From positions 3,136 to 67,135 of the forward strand of contig JBLWZG010000008.1 of the NCBI GenBank assembly GCA_048266525.1: a stretch of 64,000 bases of DNA, given 5' to 3'. The notes under the pieces were generated by a model. That model ran no database searches, was not told the origin of the DNA, and worked only from the letters and a program-made list of their open reading frames with translations. Position numbers and translations under genes: made by a program. Of the stretch, positions 35,833 to 46,550 are shown one piece after another; the first letter of the stretch is position 1, and each line of letters starts with the position of its first letter. The stretch comes from Pseudomonas sp. Its GTDB lineage: Bacteria; Pseudomonadota; Gammaproteobacteria; Pseudomonadales; Pseudomonadaceae.

Positions 35833-37716
35833 TTACTTGTTATCCCACTCTGGCAATTTGAACACCCAGAATGAACCTCCCTGTGCCACAGGTTTGGTCA
35901 GCTCTGCCATGTCGCCGCCCCACAGTGGTACAGCGCCGCCGTAACCTGAAGTGACACCGATGTACTGCTGACCATCCATTTCCCAAGTCACAGGTGGTGA
36001 AATCACGCCGCTACCGGTTTGGAATTTCCACAGCTCTTTACCTGTTTTAGCGTTAAAGGCTTTGAAGAAACCATCACTGGTGCCGGTGAATACGAGGTTA
36101 CCTTTGGTGGCCAATACGCCAGCCCATAATGGTAATTTCTCTTTATGTTCCCACGCCACTTTACCGGTGGTTGGATCCATGGCGCGCAAGATACCTACGT
36201 GGTCATCAAACAAACGCTTGATGCGGAAGCCTTGACCTAAGTAAGCCGAGCCTTTTTTGTAGGAGACTTCTTCAGTCCAGTAATCTTCTTTCCAGTGGTT
36301 AGCCGGTACATAGAACAAACCAGTGTCTTGGCTGTAGGCCATAGGGTTCCAGTTTTTACCACCCAAGAACGGTGGTGATACTTCGACTGACTTACCGCGC
36401 TTCTCACCTGGCTCAGGCTTGGGTGGACGCTGACCTTTAACTTCAGCCGGGCGACCGGTTTCCAAGTCAATGTGTGAAGCCCAAGTAATACCATCAACAA
36501 AAGGGAAAGCGTTTTTCAGCTTACCGTTGTTGCGATCGACCACATAGAAGAAGCCGTTACGGTCAGCGTGTGCTGTGGCTTTGGTGACTTTGCCGCTTTT
36601 GTCTTTGTGATCAAACAGCACCAACTCGTTGTTACCAGAGAAGTCCCAAGCATCGTTAGGTGTGTGCTGGTAGAACCATTTTACTTCACCGGTGGTGGCA
36701 TCAACGCCGACTTGACCTGAGGTGTAAAGACTGTCGAAGTCTTTTGGATCGCCACCATCAGCAGTGCGCTCCCAGCCATTCCACGGTGCTGGGTTACCGG
36801 CGCCAATGATGATGGTGTTGGTTTCTGCATCAAAACTGGCGCTCTGCCATGGTGCCCCACCGCCTTGACTCCACGCTTCTTTTTTGCCAGTTGGGTGATT
36901 TGGGTCATCCGGCCATGATGGTGCTTTAATGTCACCGGTTGGTGTGCTGTCTTTACCGTTGAGGCGGCCCATGTGCCCTTCGACAAATGGGCGCATCCAA
37001 ATTTCTTCACCCGTATCTGGGTCGCGGGCAAACAGTTTACCCACCACGCCAAACTCGTCACCTGAGCTGCCGTGAATCAACAGTACCTTGCCAGTTTTAG
37101 CATCTTTCGCCATGGTCGGTGCACCGGTCATGGTGTAACCCGCTGCTTGATCACCGAACTTCTTGTTCCAAACCACTTTACCGGTGTCTTTGTTGAGGGC
37201 AACTACGCGTGCATCTAACGTGCCGAAGAACACTTTATCGCCGAAGATCGCAACACCGCGGTTCACCACGTCACAGCATGGACGAATATCGTCAGGCAGG
37301 CGGTGGCTGTAATTCCACAGACGCTCACCAGTTTTAGCGTCCAACGCCCAGACACGGGAGTAGGAGCCGGTGACATAAATTACGCCGTCATGAATTACCG
37401 CTTGCGATTCTTGACCGCGTTGCTTTTCATCACCAAAAGAATAGGTCCAAGCCGGGGTCAGCTTGAATACGTTGTCTTCGTTGATTTTGGCTAACGGGCT
37501 GTAACGCTGTGCGTTAGTGCCCATACCATATTGCAAAACGTTGGTGGTGGTTAAATGGTCTTTAGCAATATCCTCCCAGGTAACAGGGGTTGCAAAACTA
37601 AGGCTTGAGCCAATCAAGCTCGCGCCCAAAATTAAGCCCTTTACCGCACGGGCTAATGGTTTGGCAGAGCTGGGTAATTGTTTTTTTATCATTGCTTTAC
37701 TTCCCATAGGTTGCAT
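35833..37716 (-). CDS. pedE: PQQ-dependent ethanol dehydrogenase, Ca-type (ExaA/PedE-like)
   Basis: Vicinal Cys pair RPCCDVVNRG, W-rich propeller repeats, and active-site stretch AWDFSGNNE (Ser two residues after the catalytic Asp). The start may be ATG 37692. Confidence 0.9.
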   Translation of the reverse strand: MQPMGSKAMIKKQLPSSAKPLARAVKGLILGASLIGSSLSFATPVTWEDIAKDHLTTTNVLQYGMGTNAQRYSPLAKINEDNVFKLTPAWTYSFGDEKQRGQESQAVIHDGVIYVTGSYSRVWALDAKTGERLWNYSHRLPDDIRPCCDVVNRGVAIFGDKVFFGTLDARVVALNKDTGKVVWNKKFGDQAAGYTMTGAPTMAKDAKTGKVLLIHGSSGDEFGVVGKLFARDPDTGEEIWMRPFVEGHMGRLNGKDSTPTGDIKAPSWPDDPNHPTGKKEAWSQGGGAPWQSASFDAETNTIIIGAGNPAPWNGWERTADGGDPKDFDSLYTSGQVGVDATTGEVKWFYQHTPNDAWDFSGNNELVLFDHKDKSGKVTKATAHADRNGFFYVVDRNNGKLKNAFPFVDGITWASHIDLETGRPAEVKGQRPPKPEPGEKRGKSVEVSPPFLGGKNWNPMAYSQDTGLFYVPANHWKEDYWTEEVSYKKGSAYLGQGFRIKRLFDDHVGILRAMDPTTGKVAWEHKEKLPLWAGVLATKGNLVFTGTSDGFFKAFNAKTGKELWKFQTGSGVISPPVTWEMDGQQYIGVTSGYGGAVPLWGGDMAELTKPVAQGGSFWVFKLPEWDNK

Positions 37717-38004
37717 GTTGTGAGTCCTGCGTCATTGATGCTCGCATTGACGGTTACCATGTTGGGAAAGTGCAGGACTTCTGCATACGGAAAAACTCCC
37801 GCTGGCTGCGGGAAAACTTCCCAGGTCGCCGGGTAATTGGCAGTGCTTCTAAAGCTGTTTTTTGTATACCTTTAAACCTACTACTAAGGGTGCGGCTCTC
37901 GACCACTAAAGCAGCGTTCTACTCTGAATGAGACGTTTCTAACATGAAAGCAAGGATGTAACTGGATGGCGTGAGCCTTGCTTAATACTTGTTAAAGGGT
38001 GGAA

Positions 38005-38442
38005 ATGATGAATAAGAAAAATATCCTGTTTGGTGCCTTAGTGACTGCATGTTTAGGCTTTTCTAGTGGCCTGTATGCGCACGGTGATATGGTTCCGCAA
38101 AGCGTTGACACCGGTGAGTTGCGCTTACTCGGCGAAGAATGGGTGGATGAAAACCCCTATCGTGGTGACGATCCGCAAAATGCTTTAGCGGTCGAGATTG
38201 GCTCTTCGGCTTACAACCAGAACTGCGCACGCTGTCATGGTTTAGAAGCGCAGTCGGGCGGCATTGCCCCAGATTTACGAATGTTAGATGCGGATATCTC
38301 TGGTGACGAATGGTACAAGGAACGTGTGATCAATGGCGCGGTACGCAATGGTGCGGTGTATATGCCAAAAATGGCTGAACACTTAAGCCAAGAAGCGTTG
38401 TGGGCGATTCGTACCTACGTTGAAAGCCGTCCTAAGCCATAA
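38005..38442 (+). CDS. pedF: Cytochrome c550 (electron acceptor of the quinoprotein ADH)
   Basis: Has a signal peptide and the heme motif CARCHG. It lies divergent from the ADH gene, as exaB does. Confidence 0.85.
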   Translation: MMNKKNILFGALVTACLGFSSGLYAHGDMVPQSVDTGELRLLGEEWVDENPYRGDDPQNALAVEIGSSAYNQNCARCHGLEAQSGGIAPDLRMLDADISGDEWYKERVINGAVRNGAVYMPKMAEHLSQEALWAIRTYVESRPKP

Positions 38443-38457
38443 AGCGGAGTAATAATA

Positions 38458-39354
38458 ATGCAGCGAATCCTGATCGCGTTGTGTGCCTTATTCAGCCTTA
38501 CACTGTCGTGCCAGTTGTCTGCCGAAAGTATTGGTAATCAAGTGCGCTCCTACGATGACATGATCGCCGCAGGCAACTTAAAAGTGGCCGTCTACGAAAA
38601 CTTTGCGCCTTACAGTTTTAGTGTTGATGGTCAGGCTAAAGGGGTTGATGTTGAACTTGCCGAGCAGATTGCTCAGCAACTGGGTGTGAGCTTGGAGCTA
38701 CTCTGGGTCACACCCGGTGAAAAACTCGATGATGATTTACGTAATTTTATTTGGCGTGGGCATTATCTGCGAAAGGATATTCGCGCTGATTTGATGCTGC
38801 GGGTGCCTTACGATCGTGAGTTTTCCTATCGACGTAACGAGCTGGGTGAGTTGGTCAACGAGTTAGTCGTGATGTTTGGGCCTTATCAGCGCGAACGCTG
38901 GCTGACGGTGTACAACAGTCGCCGAATTAAGCGTCTGGAAACGGTCGGTGTTTTTCAATACCACCCGGTGGGTGTTGAAGATGATTCAGTCCCCTCGTTT
39001 TATTTGCTCACCGCCTTTGCTGGGCGTTTAAGTGGCAACGTTAAACACTTTGTCAGCCCATCTGGCGCCTTCAGGGCGATGCAAGACGGCCAAGTCGATG
39101 CAGTGATGGCGATGCGCGGCGAGCTGGAGTGGTTGCTCAGTCAAGCAGGCGATGCGCAGCTTAAGCAGTCCGATGCAGCCTATCCAAACTTAGGTCAATC
39201 GACCTGGGAAGTGGGCATGGCTGTGCATGAAAGCAACCGTCAGCTGGCCTATACGGTGGAAGCCCTTAGCGAGGCGATGATTGCTGATGGACGTATGCAG
39301 GCGCTGTATACGAAATATCATTTAAGTTATGAAAAGCCAGAAATGTACCAATAG
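38458..39354 (+). CDS. pedG: Quinoprotein dehydrogenase-associated periplasmic binding protein (MxaJ/PedG-like)
   Basis: Has a signal peptide and looks like a family-3 SBP. Its position after the cytochrome c gene supports the call. Confidence 0.65.
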   Translation: MQRILIALCALFSLTLSCQLSAESIGNQVRSYDDMIAAGNLKVAVYENFAPYSFSVDGQAKGVDVELAEQIAQQLGVSLELLWVTPGEKLDDDLRNFIWRGHYLRKDIRADLMLRVPYDREFSYRRNELGELVNELVVMFGPYQRERWLTVYNSRRIKRLETVGVFQYHPVGVEDDSVPSFYLLTAFAGRLSGNVKHFVSPSGAFRAMQDGQVDAVMAMRGELEWLLSQAGDAQLKQSDAAYPNLGQSTWEVGMAVHESNRQLAYTVEALSEAMIADGRMQALYTKYHLSYEKPEMYQ

Positions 39355-39399
39355 CTTAAATACACAAGCGGTTCCCAAAAGTAGAGCGTGGGAGGTGGT

Positions 39400-40152
39400 A
39401 TGAAACAGTCAATTGTCGGCGCCTTAATGCTGTGGCTGATCTCAAGCGGAGTCAGTGCTGTGGAGGGTGATCCTTTGCCCTCGGTGATGTGGGAGTATTT
39501 CCATGAGCGTCTCCTGAAGAATGCAGAATTTGTCTTTGATGATGCGGTGAAGGTCAGTGTGCCGCCGTTTGCCGAAGATGCGCGGCAAGTTCCGGTGGAA
39601 GTGGATGCGCGTGCGCTCAAAGGCAAAGTTGAGCGGATCATGCTGTGGGCTGAACTCAACCCGATCCCGCAAATACTGACCGTGCACCCCACGAGCGAAT
39701 TAGAAAAGTTTTTAGCGGTACGTATTCGTGTTGAACAAGCCACGCCCATTCGTGCGGCATTCTTAATGGATGATGGTCTCTGGCATGTCGGCTCAACCCG
39801 TATTGAAGCCGCCGGTGGCGGTTGCAGTGCGCCGAGTGTGGTGCGCGCGCAGGACGGCTGGGAAGATAATCTAGGTAAAATCTTAGGTGCGCGTTTTGCC
39901 GCCGGTGATAACAGCCGTCTACGCATCAATATCTCGCATCCAATGGACAATGGTTTAGTGGATTCTGTGCCTGAGTTCTATGTTAATCAGGCTGAATTGC
40001 GTGACGTGTCGGGTACTGTGTTGGCCCGTTTGGATGTGTTTTCTGCCATGAGTGAAAACCCAACCATTACCTTAGGGGTGAAAGGTCATCCGCAAACTGA
40101 GTTCTGGTTGCGCGATAACAATGGCAATGAATTTACTGCCTACATTCCCTAA
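39400..40152 (+). CDS. Quinoprotein dehydrogenase-associated SoxYZ-like carrier
   Basis: ATG follows a GGAGGTGG RBS. Has a signal peptide and the internal Cys motif AAGGGCSAPS. Context supports the call. Confidence 0.6.
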   Translation: MKQSIVGALMLWLISSGVSAVEGDPLPSVMWEYFHERLLKNAEFVFDDAVKVSVPPFAEDARQVPVEVDARALKGKVERIMLWAELNPIPQILTVHPTSELEKFLAVRIRVEQATPIRAAFLMDDGLWHVGSTRIEAAGGGCSAPSVVRAQDGWEDNLGKILGARFAAGDNSRLRINISHPMDNGLVDSVPEFYVNQAELRDVSGTVLARLDVFSAMSENPTITLGVKGHPQTEFWLRDNNGNEFTAYIP

Positions 40153-40254
40153 ATCAATGCATGACAGGCACGCCATGTTGGGCCGTGTTGCTAGGTGTTG
40201 GATTGAGCACGGAGGCGTTACTTAACAGGTTTTTTGCTTTATCGAGGTCATACT

Positions 40255-41184
40255 ATGCGTTGCTTATTTCTCTTTTTATGCAGTTGTGTTTTCAGTGTGA
40301 CGGCTGTTGCTGATTATCAATTAGTCCCCAAAAAAATTGCCGAAAACACCTGGTTGCTGGAAGGCACAACGGAAAACTTTAACCTGCACAATGGCGGCAA
40401 CATTGTCAACGCGGCTTTTATTGTCAGCGACAACGGTGTCATCGTGATTGATACCGGCCCTTCGTTTGCCTATGGCAAAGAGATGCGCGCCGCCATCGCC
40501 AGCGTCACAGACAAAGCGGTGATCCAAGTGTTGCTGACCCATCACCATCCCGACCATGTGTTAGGCAACCAAGCCTTCTCTGAAGCACCGATCGCGGCTT
40601 TGCCGGGCACTAAAAAACTCTTGCAAGAGCAGGGCGATCACATGGCGGAAAACATGTATCGCGTGGTGGGTGATCGGATGCGCGGCACGGAAGTGGTGTT
40701 GCCAACACAGATGGTGGAAGAAGGCGTGCTAGAGATTGCCGGTTACCCTTTGCGTCTATTGAGTTTGACCGGACATACCGGCGCTGACTTGGCCGTGTTG
40801 GATGAGCGCACAGGGGTCTTGTTTGCTGGCGATTTGGTCTTTTATCAGCGCGCTTTAGCAACGCCCAATACGCCCAGTTTGACTGCGTGGCTGACAGATA
40901 TTGACACCCTTGAGCAGCTGCCCTGGAAATTCATTGTGCCGGGGCATGGACCGATAACCCATGACGCTAAACCTTTCGCACAAATGCGTGATTACTTAAC
41001 CTGGCTGGATCGTTCCTTACGTGAAGCGGCCAAGAGCGGTCAGGACATGAACCAAGTGTTGCGCATGCCAATACCGGAGCGTTTTGCTCAGGTCAGTTTG
41101 ACCCGTTATGAGCTAGTCCGCACAGTCAGTCATTTGTACCCACAATATGAGCAAGAGCAGTGGCAGCGCCTCGACCAAGAATAA
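40255..41184 (+). CDS. Metallo-beta-lactamase fold hydrolase (quinoprotein relay system zinc metallohydrolase-like)
   Basis: Signal peptide MRCLFLFLCSCVFSVTAVA and the HxHxDH motif LLTHHHPDHVLG. Confidence 0.75.
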   Translation: MRCLFLFLCSCVFSVTAVADYQLVPKKIAENTWLLEGTTENFNLHNGGNIVNAAFIVSDNGVIVIDTGPSFAYGKEMRAAIASVTDKAVIQVLLTHHHPDHVLGNQAFSEAPIAALPGTKKLLQEQGDHMAENMYRVVGDRMRGTEVVLPTQMVEEGVLEIAGYPLRLLSLTGHTGADLAVLDERTGVLFAGDLVFYQRALATPNTPSLTAWLTDIDTLEQLPWKFIVPGHGPITHDAKPFAQMRDYLTWLDRSLREAAKSGQDMNQVLRMPIPERFAQVSLTRYELVRTVSHLYPQYEQEQWQRLDQE

Positions 41185-41278
41185 GCAGAACAGCCAGTCC
41201 AGAAAACCCATGCGTGTAAACAACCTCCAAGCATTGCTCAAGCAAACTTTGAGGTTGTTACCGATAGAGTGAGGCAGA

Positions 41279-42517
41279 TCAATCTAGTACTAAATGCTCA
41301 CCACGTTCTTGTTGCCAGTCATCAAATGATTGCACTGCATGTTTACCCTGCATGCGATGGATGATTTCAAAATAATCCTGTTTGAGCGGGTCCTGCATGA
41401 TTTCAGTGCGTGGCTTAACGCGGATAGCATAAATATCTTGTACGTTTTGATGATCAAAACCACGCCACTGTTGTTGGCCTTTCAACAACTGATAGCGGTG
41501 ATCTTCTAACGCTTTAATAAGCGACTCACTGTCTAAGCTACGGGTGCGCTGCACCGCGTCCGCCCACTGATAGATCACGCTATAGGCTGAAGCCGCTGCG
41601 CTACCTGGGTATTCAGCGTAGCGTTGGGTGTAATCTTGTACAAAAGCGAGGCCTTTCTCACTGTTTTCCATGGTGGGTACGCGCCATGTCCAAGCTTGTG
41701 TACCAATCACGCCAGCCATAGTTTGTGGGCCAATATTTTGCACCAAGGTACGGCTTAAATTGGGAATAATAATTTGTACTGTGTCACTTAATCCCAACGC
41801 AGATACGACCCGCATGGCATGCATAATATTTTGACCTTGCAGCACTAATACCAAGATATCGGCTTGGCTTTTTGCTGCTTTTGTTAGTGCTTTTTTATAA
41901 TCAGCATGACTGGCATTGACTGATTTTAAACGGGTAAAACTGTGTTTTGCCCGGTCTTGGCTGCCGGTTGCTAAGCGCAACGCTGCTTCCATGCTCAACC
42001 CCCAAGTATCATCGCTGACAATGTAATGGTAGCGCTGGCGCGGCATATGCCAAGACAAGTATTCACCTAATACTTGTGCGCTCATCCAGTCATTGTTTGA
42101 TTCGCGGAAAATATAGCGATGACCTTCACGGCCTGTGACGTCATTGGCGTAGCTGAGCACCGCAAAATAAGGCAAACCCAGCTTTTTAGCGCGACGCCCT
42201 GCGGCAATGGCTTCTTCACTGGTAGCGCCCCCGAAAATCATTTTAGTGTCACTGCTAAAAAAATCATCAACATTGCGCCGTGCTTTTTCGGCGCGTGAGG
42301 CGCTGTTTTTTGTCAGCAGTTGTAATGGTCGATTAAGAACGCCCCCTGCTTGATTGATTTGTTCAATGGCCAGCAGTGAGCCTTGCATCAACTCCAAACC
42401 TTCTGCTTTATAGTTGCCTGTACGCGGGAAATTAAGACCTATTTTAATAGGATCGCTAGCAAGTGCGGTGATCGGCAAAAAGCACATGATCAAACCGCAA
42501 AGAGTGGATTGCTTCAC
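41279..42517 (-). CDS. LivK-like type I periplasmic substrate-binding protein
   Basis: Has a signal peptide. The N-terminus PIKIGLNFPRTGNYKAEG...AIEQINQAGGVLNRPL is typical of Leu/Ile/Val-type SBPs. Confidence 0.7.
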   Translation of the reverse strand: MKQSTLCGLIMCFLPITALASDPIKIGLNFPRTGNYKAEGLELMQGSLLAIEQINQAGGVLNRPLQLLTKNSASRAEKARRNVDDFFSSDTKMIFGGATSEEAIAAGRRAKKLGLPYFAVLSYANDVTGREGHRYIFRESNNDWMSAQVLGEYLSWHMPRQRYHYIVSDDTWGLSMEAALRLATGSQDRAKHSFTRLKSVNASHADYKKALTKAAKSQADILVLVLQGQNIMHAMRVVSALGLSDTVQIIIPNLSRTLVQNIGPQTMAGVIGTQAWTWRVPTMENSEKGLAFVQDYTQRYAEYPGSAAASAYSVIYQWADAVQRTRSLDSESLIKALEDHRYQLLKGQQQWRGFDHQNVQDIYAIRVKPRTEIMQDPLKQDYFEIIHRMQGKHAVQSFDDWQQERGEHLVLD

Positions 42518-42864
42518 TGATATTCCTCCTGTTGAGTGAAGCCTGTTTTTTAGTCTTTATGCGCGTGTTACCCCATGCTTAGTTATGAGCAACAGATTAG
42601 AACTTTAGCCTTGCGTATGCGGTACAGCATCATTTGACTAAAGTTGAATGAAGATAGCGATTAAGTCGCTGCGCTCTATAGTTCTTCTAATTCTGCGTCT
42701 GGTTAAGTAACCGGATTTGCTGTGCTAGCGGTGAAGTGTTACGACTAACGTACGTGGTAACTAAGCATTGAGGTCAATTGTTGTTGAGCCTGCTGCAGCG
42801 AAGAATCTAACTCGGTTCGGGATAATTTCCCGATCATAATAATAACGCTGTAGAGGTGGCCATA

Positions 42865-44634
42865 ATGAAACGCACACGACTGCACCACATGTTTGCTTTA
42901 TCCGCATTATGCGGAGCAATGCTCTTGCACACGAGCAGTGCATACGCGGTAACGGATCAAGATATTTTAGATGATGCTAAGACCACACATCAGATTGTGA
43001 GTAACGGTTTGGGTTTGGCCGGGCAGCGTTACAGCCCGTTGGCCAAAGTTAATGTGGATACCGTGCAACAACTGCGCCCAGTTTGGGCGTTATCCTTTGG
43101 TGGCGAGAAGCAGCGCGGTCAAGAATCACAGCCTATGATTAAAGATGGCGTGATGTATGTAACAGCGTCTTATTCCCGTGTGTTTGCCGTGGATGCGCGC
43201 ACCGGTAAAGAGCTGTGGCAGTATGATGCGCGCCTGCCGGACGGCATTATGCCGTGCTGTGATGTGATTAACCGTGGAGTTGCCTTGTACGGCAACTTGG
43301 TGATTTTCGGCACCTTGGATGCCAAGTTAGTCGCTCTTGATAAAGACACCGGTAAGGTGGTCTGGCGTAAAACCGTTGCGGATTACAAGGACGGTTATTC
43401 GATTACTGCGGCGCCGATTGTGGTTAAAGGAAAGCTGATTACCGGAGTATCTGGCGGTGAGTTCGGTATTGTCGGTAAAGTTGAAGCTTACAATCCAGTC
43501 AACGGTGATCTGATCTGGACGCGTCCGACCGTTGAAGGTCATATGGGCTATGTCTGGAAAGATGGTAAGAAAATTGAAAGCGGCATTTCCGGAGGTGAAG
43601 CGGGTAAAACTTGGCCGGGCGATCTCTGGAAAACCGGTGGCGCTGCACCTTGGTTGGGTGGTTCTTATGACGTTGAAACAGACTCCTTATTATTTGGTAC
43701 CAGTAACCCGTCGCCATGGAACTCGCATATGCGTCCAGGTGATAACCTGTTCTCCTCCTCACGCTTAGCATTGAATCCAGATGATGGTTCGATCAAATGG
43801 CACTTCCAGACCACGCCGCACGATGGCTGGGATTACGATGGGGTCAACGAGCTGGTGCCGTTTAGTTATGAAGAAAATGGCAAGACTATCAAAGCCGCAG
43901 GGACCGCTGACCGTAATGGTTACTTCTATGTGTTGGATCGTACTAACGGCAAGTTTATCCGTGGTTTCCCATTTGCCGACAAGATCACCTGGGCGAAAGG
44001 TTTGGATAAAAATGGCCGGCCAGTCTATGACGAGAGCAATCGCCCAGGCGCACCGGGTGCAGAGAAACAAGGCAGCTCTGTATTTGTCGCGCCGGCGTTC
44101 TTAGGTGCAAAAAACTGGATGCCCATGGCGTATAGCCAAGATACCGGATTGTTCTATGTCCCGGTCAATGAGTGGGGCATGGATATCTGGAACGAAGGCG
44201 TGACCTATAAAAAAGGTGCAGCCTACTTAGGCGCAGGCTTTACCATCAGACCGCTAAATGAAGATTATATTGGTGTGTTAAAAGCCATTGACCCGAAAAC
44301 AGGCAAAGAAGTGTGGCGCTATAAAAACTACTCGCCTTTATGGGGTGGTGTGTTAGCAACCAAAGGAAACCTGGTGTTTACCGGTAACCCTGAGGGCTTT
44401 TTAATGGCCTTTGATGCGAAAACCGGTAAAAAACTCTACGAGTTCCAAACCGGCTCGGGTGTACTCGGCTCTCCTGTGACATGGGACATGGACGGCGAGC
44501 AATACATCAGTGTTGTATCCGGCTGGGGTGGTGCGGTGCCGTTATGGGGCGGCGAAGTGGCTAAGCGGGTGAAGGAATACAACCAAGGCGGCATGGTTTG
44601 GACCTTTAAATTGCCAAAAGAGCACACGATGTAA
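42865..44634 (+). CDS. pedH: PQQ-dependent alcohol dehydrogenase, lanthanide-type (PedH/XoxF-like signature)
   Basis: ATG follows a GAGGTGG RBS. Vicinal Cys pair [10 protein letters not shown] and active-site stretch GWDYDGVNE (Asp two residues after the catalytic Asp). Confidence 0.85.
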   Translation: MKRTRLHHMFALSALCGAMLLHTSSAYAVTDQDILDDAKTTHQIVSNGLGLAGQRYSPLAKVNVDTVQQLRPVWALSFGGEKQRGQESQPMIKDGVMYVTASYSRVFAVDARTGKELWQYDARLPDGIMPCCDVINRGVALYGNLVIFGTLDAKLVALDKDTGKVVWRKTVADYKDGYSITAAPIVVKGKLITGVSGGEFGIVGKVEAYNPVNGDLIWTRPTVEGHMGYVWKDGKKIESGISGGEAGKTWPGDLWKTGGAAPWLGGSYDVETDSLLFGTSNPSPWNSHMRPGDNLFSSSRLALNPDDGSIKWHFQTTPHDGWDYDGVNELVPFSYEENGKTIKAAGTADRNGYFYVLDRTNGKFIRGFPFADKITWAKGLDKNGRPVYDESNRPGAPGAEKQGSSVFVAPAFLGAKNWMPMAYSQDTGLFYVPVNEWGMDIWNEGVTYKKGAAYLGAGFTIRPLNEDYIGVLKAIDPKTGKEVWRYKNYSPLWGGVLATKGNLVFTGNPEGFLMAFDAKTGKKLYEFQTGSGVLGSPVTWDMDGEQYISVVSGWGGAVPLWGGEVAKRVKEYNQGGMVWTFKLPKEHTM

Positions 44635-44650
44635 TTTTTTAAGCGTTGTG

Positions 44651-44691
44651 CAGATACAACAAAACCGGCTTGGCCGGTTTTGTTGTATCTG
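44651..44691 (+). terminator. Long perfect hairpin after pedH
   Basis: CAGATACAACAAAACCGGC-ttg-GCCGGTTTTGTTGTATCTG, 19-bp stem. Confidence 0.7.
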
Positions 44692-44717
44692 GGTTGCCGC
44701 TCGCACAGAGAAGGATT

Positions 44718-44848
44718 AATCCTGTACGAGCAGGCCATGTGATCCTGTACGAGCAGGCCATGCCTGCGACCCGAACTTCCAACCAGCGCCTAACCTGGCA
44801 AGCACACCGCGATCCGAACTTCAAACCAGCGCCTAACTTGCCAAGCTC
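44718..44848. repeat. Two short tandem duplications in the intergenic region
   Basis: The 23-bp unit ATCCTGTACGAGCAGGCCATG(T/C)G occurs twice (44718-44763). The roughly 35-bp unit CCGAACTTC.AACCAGCGCCTAAC.T.GC.AAGC occurs twice with a 43-bp period (44770-44848). Confidence 0.8.
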
Positions 44849-45029
44849 ACTTGCGGGTGCGCTTGCGCGGCGGTGGTGGGTGGCCTTGAGTATCGGCGCG
44901 TGTTATCTAGTTCTAAATAACTAGATCTTTGGTGCGTTGGGTGGATTCGGCTGTTGGCTAAGAGTGGCTATTATCGAATCATCACCTGCCCGCGGTTGGC
45001 GCAGGCATTGAATAAAAAAGGATACTCTC

Positions 45030-46550
45030 ATGATTTATGCACAACCCGGTACACAAGGTTCACTACTCACAGTTAAGCCGCGTTATGGCAACTATATTGG
45101 TGGTCAGTTTGTGCCACCTGTGAATGGTGAGTATTTCACGAACACCACGCCAGTCACCGGTGCCGTAGCGGGTGAGTTTCCGCGTTCGACCGCCGATGAC
45201 ATCAATCTAGCTTTAGATGCTGCGCATGCTGCTGCCTGCGCTTGGGGTAAAACCTCAGCACAAGACCGTGCCTTAGTTCTGTTAAGAATTGCCGATCGTA
45301 TTGAAGAAAACCTTGAGCTGTTAGCCGTTAGCGAAACCTGGGATAACGGTAAGCCTGTGCGTGAAACGCTGAACGCTGACATCCCTTTAGCAGCTGATCA
45401 TTTCCGTTACTTTGCCGGTTGCTTACGTGCCCAAGAAGGCTCGGCAGCTGAGATCAACGAACACACTGCGGCCTATCACTTCTACGAGCCATTGGGTGTG
45501 GTTGGTCAAATTATTCCGTGGAACTTCCCTATCTTAATGGGAGCGTGGAAGCTGGCACCGGCTTTGGCGGCAGGTAACTGCATCGTCCTGAAGCCAGCTG
45601 AGCAAACGCCATTATCCATCACTGTTTTAATGGAACTGATTGGTGACTTGCTGCCGCCGGGCGTTCTAAACGTTGTGCAAGGTTTTGGTCGCGAAGCCGG
45701 TGAAGCCTTAGCCACTAGCAAGCGTATTGCCAAAATTGCCTTTACTGGATCAACCCCAGTTGGTGCGCACATTATGAAGTGTGCCGCAGAGAATATTATT
45801 CCAAGCACTGTTGAACTGGGCGGTAAATCACCGAACATTTTCTTTGCCGATATTATGAATGCCGAGCCGGCCTTTATTGAAAAAGCCGCCGAAGGTTTGG
45901 TTTTGGCCTTCTTTAACCAAGGTGAAGTGTGCACCTGTCCTTCGCGTGCGCTGATTCAAGAGTCTATTTATGAGTCCTTCATGGAAGTGGTCATGAAGAA
46001 GATCAAGCAAATCCGTCGTGGTAATCCGCTGGATACAGAAACGATGGTCGGTGCACAGGCCTCAGCCCAGCAGTTTGAAAAAATCATGTCGTACATGGAC
46101 ATTGCCAAAGCAGAAGGCGCTGAGCTGTTAACTGGCGGTAACATTGAGCACCTTGAGGGTGATTTGGCCAGCGGTTACTACATTCAGCCGACCTTGCTCA
46201 AAGGCCACAACAAAATGCGCATTTTCCAAGAAGAAATTTTTGGTCCAGTGGTCGCAGTCACCACCTTTAAAGATGAAGCTGAAGCGCTGGCGATTGCCAA
46301 TGACAGCGAATTTGGTTTAGGTGCTGGTTTGTGGACGCGTGACATTAACCGTGCCTACCGTATGGGGCGCGCCATTCAAGCAGGTCGTGTGTGGACCAAC
46401 TGCTACCACCTCTACCCAGCCCACGCAGCGTTCGGTGGATACAAGAAGTCGGGTGTGGGTCGTGAGAATCACAAAATGATGCTCAGCCATTACCAGCAGA
46501 CGAAAAACTTGCTGATCAGTTATGACGTTAATCCTTTAGGCTTTTTCTAA
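45030..46550 (+). CDS. pedI: NAD-dependent aldehyde dehydrogenase
   Basis: 506-aa ORF with catalytic motifs VELGGKSP and [12 protein letters not shown]. Its position matches exaC/pedI. Confidence 0.9.
   Translation: MIYAQPGTQGSLLTVKPRYGNYIGGQFVPPVNGEYFTNTTPVTGAVAGEFPRSTADDINLALDAAHAAACAWGKTSAQDRALVLLRIADRIEENLELLAVSETWDNGKPVRETLNADIPLAADHFRYFAGCLRAQEGSAAEINEHTAAYHFYEPLGVVGQIIPWNFPILMGAWKLAPALAAGNCIVLKPAEQTPLSITVLMELIGDLLPPGVLNVVQGFGREAGEALATSKRIAKIAFTGSTPVGAHIMKCAAENIIPSTVELGGKSPNIFFADIMNAEPAFIEKAAEGLVLAFFNQGEVCTCPSRALIQESIYESFMEVVMKKIKQIRRGNPLDTETMVGAQASAQQFEKIMSYMDIAKAEGAELLTGGNIEHLEGDLASGYYIQPTLLKGHNKMRIFQEEIFGPVVAVTTFKDEAEALAIANDSEFGLGAGLWTRDINRAYRMGRAIQAGRVWTNCYHLYPAHAAFGGYKKSGVGRENHKMMLSHYQQTKNLLISYDVNPLGFF

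Noticed and set aside
37717-37998. Possible sigma-54 type -24/-12 promoter (TGGCAGTGCTTCT) in the divergent pedE/cytochrome c intergenic region
   Set aside because: The GG-N10-GC spacing does not fit the consensus when counted. I cannot support any specific promoter call here by eye.
39327-39950. 207-aa minus-strand ORF overlapping the SoxYZ-like carrier gene
   Set aside because: It has no signal peptide, no RBS and no motif, and has an Arg/Ser/Ala-rich antisense composition. The plus-strand gene has an RBS, a signal peptide and a family motif.
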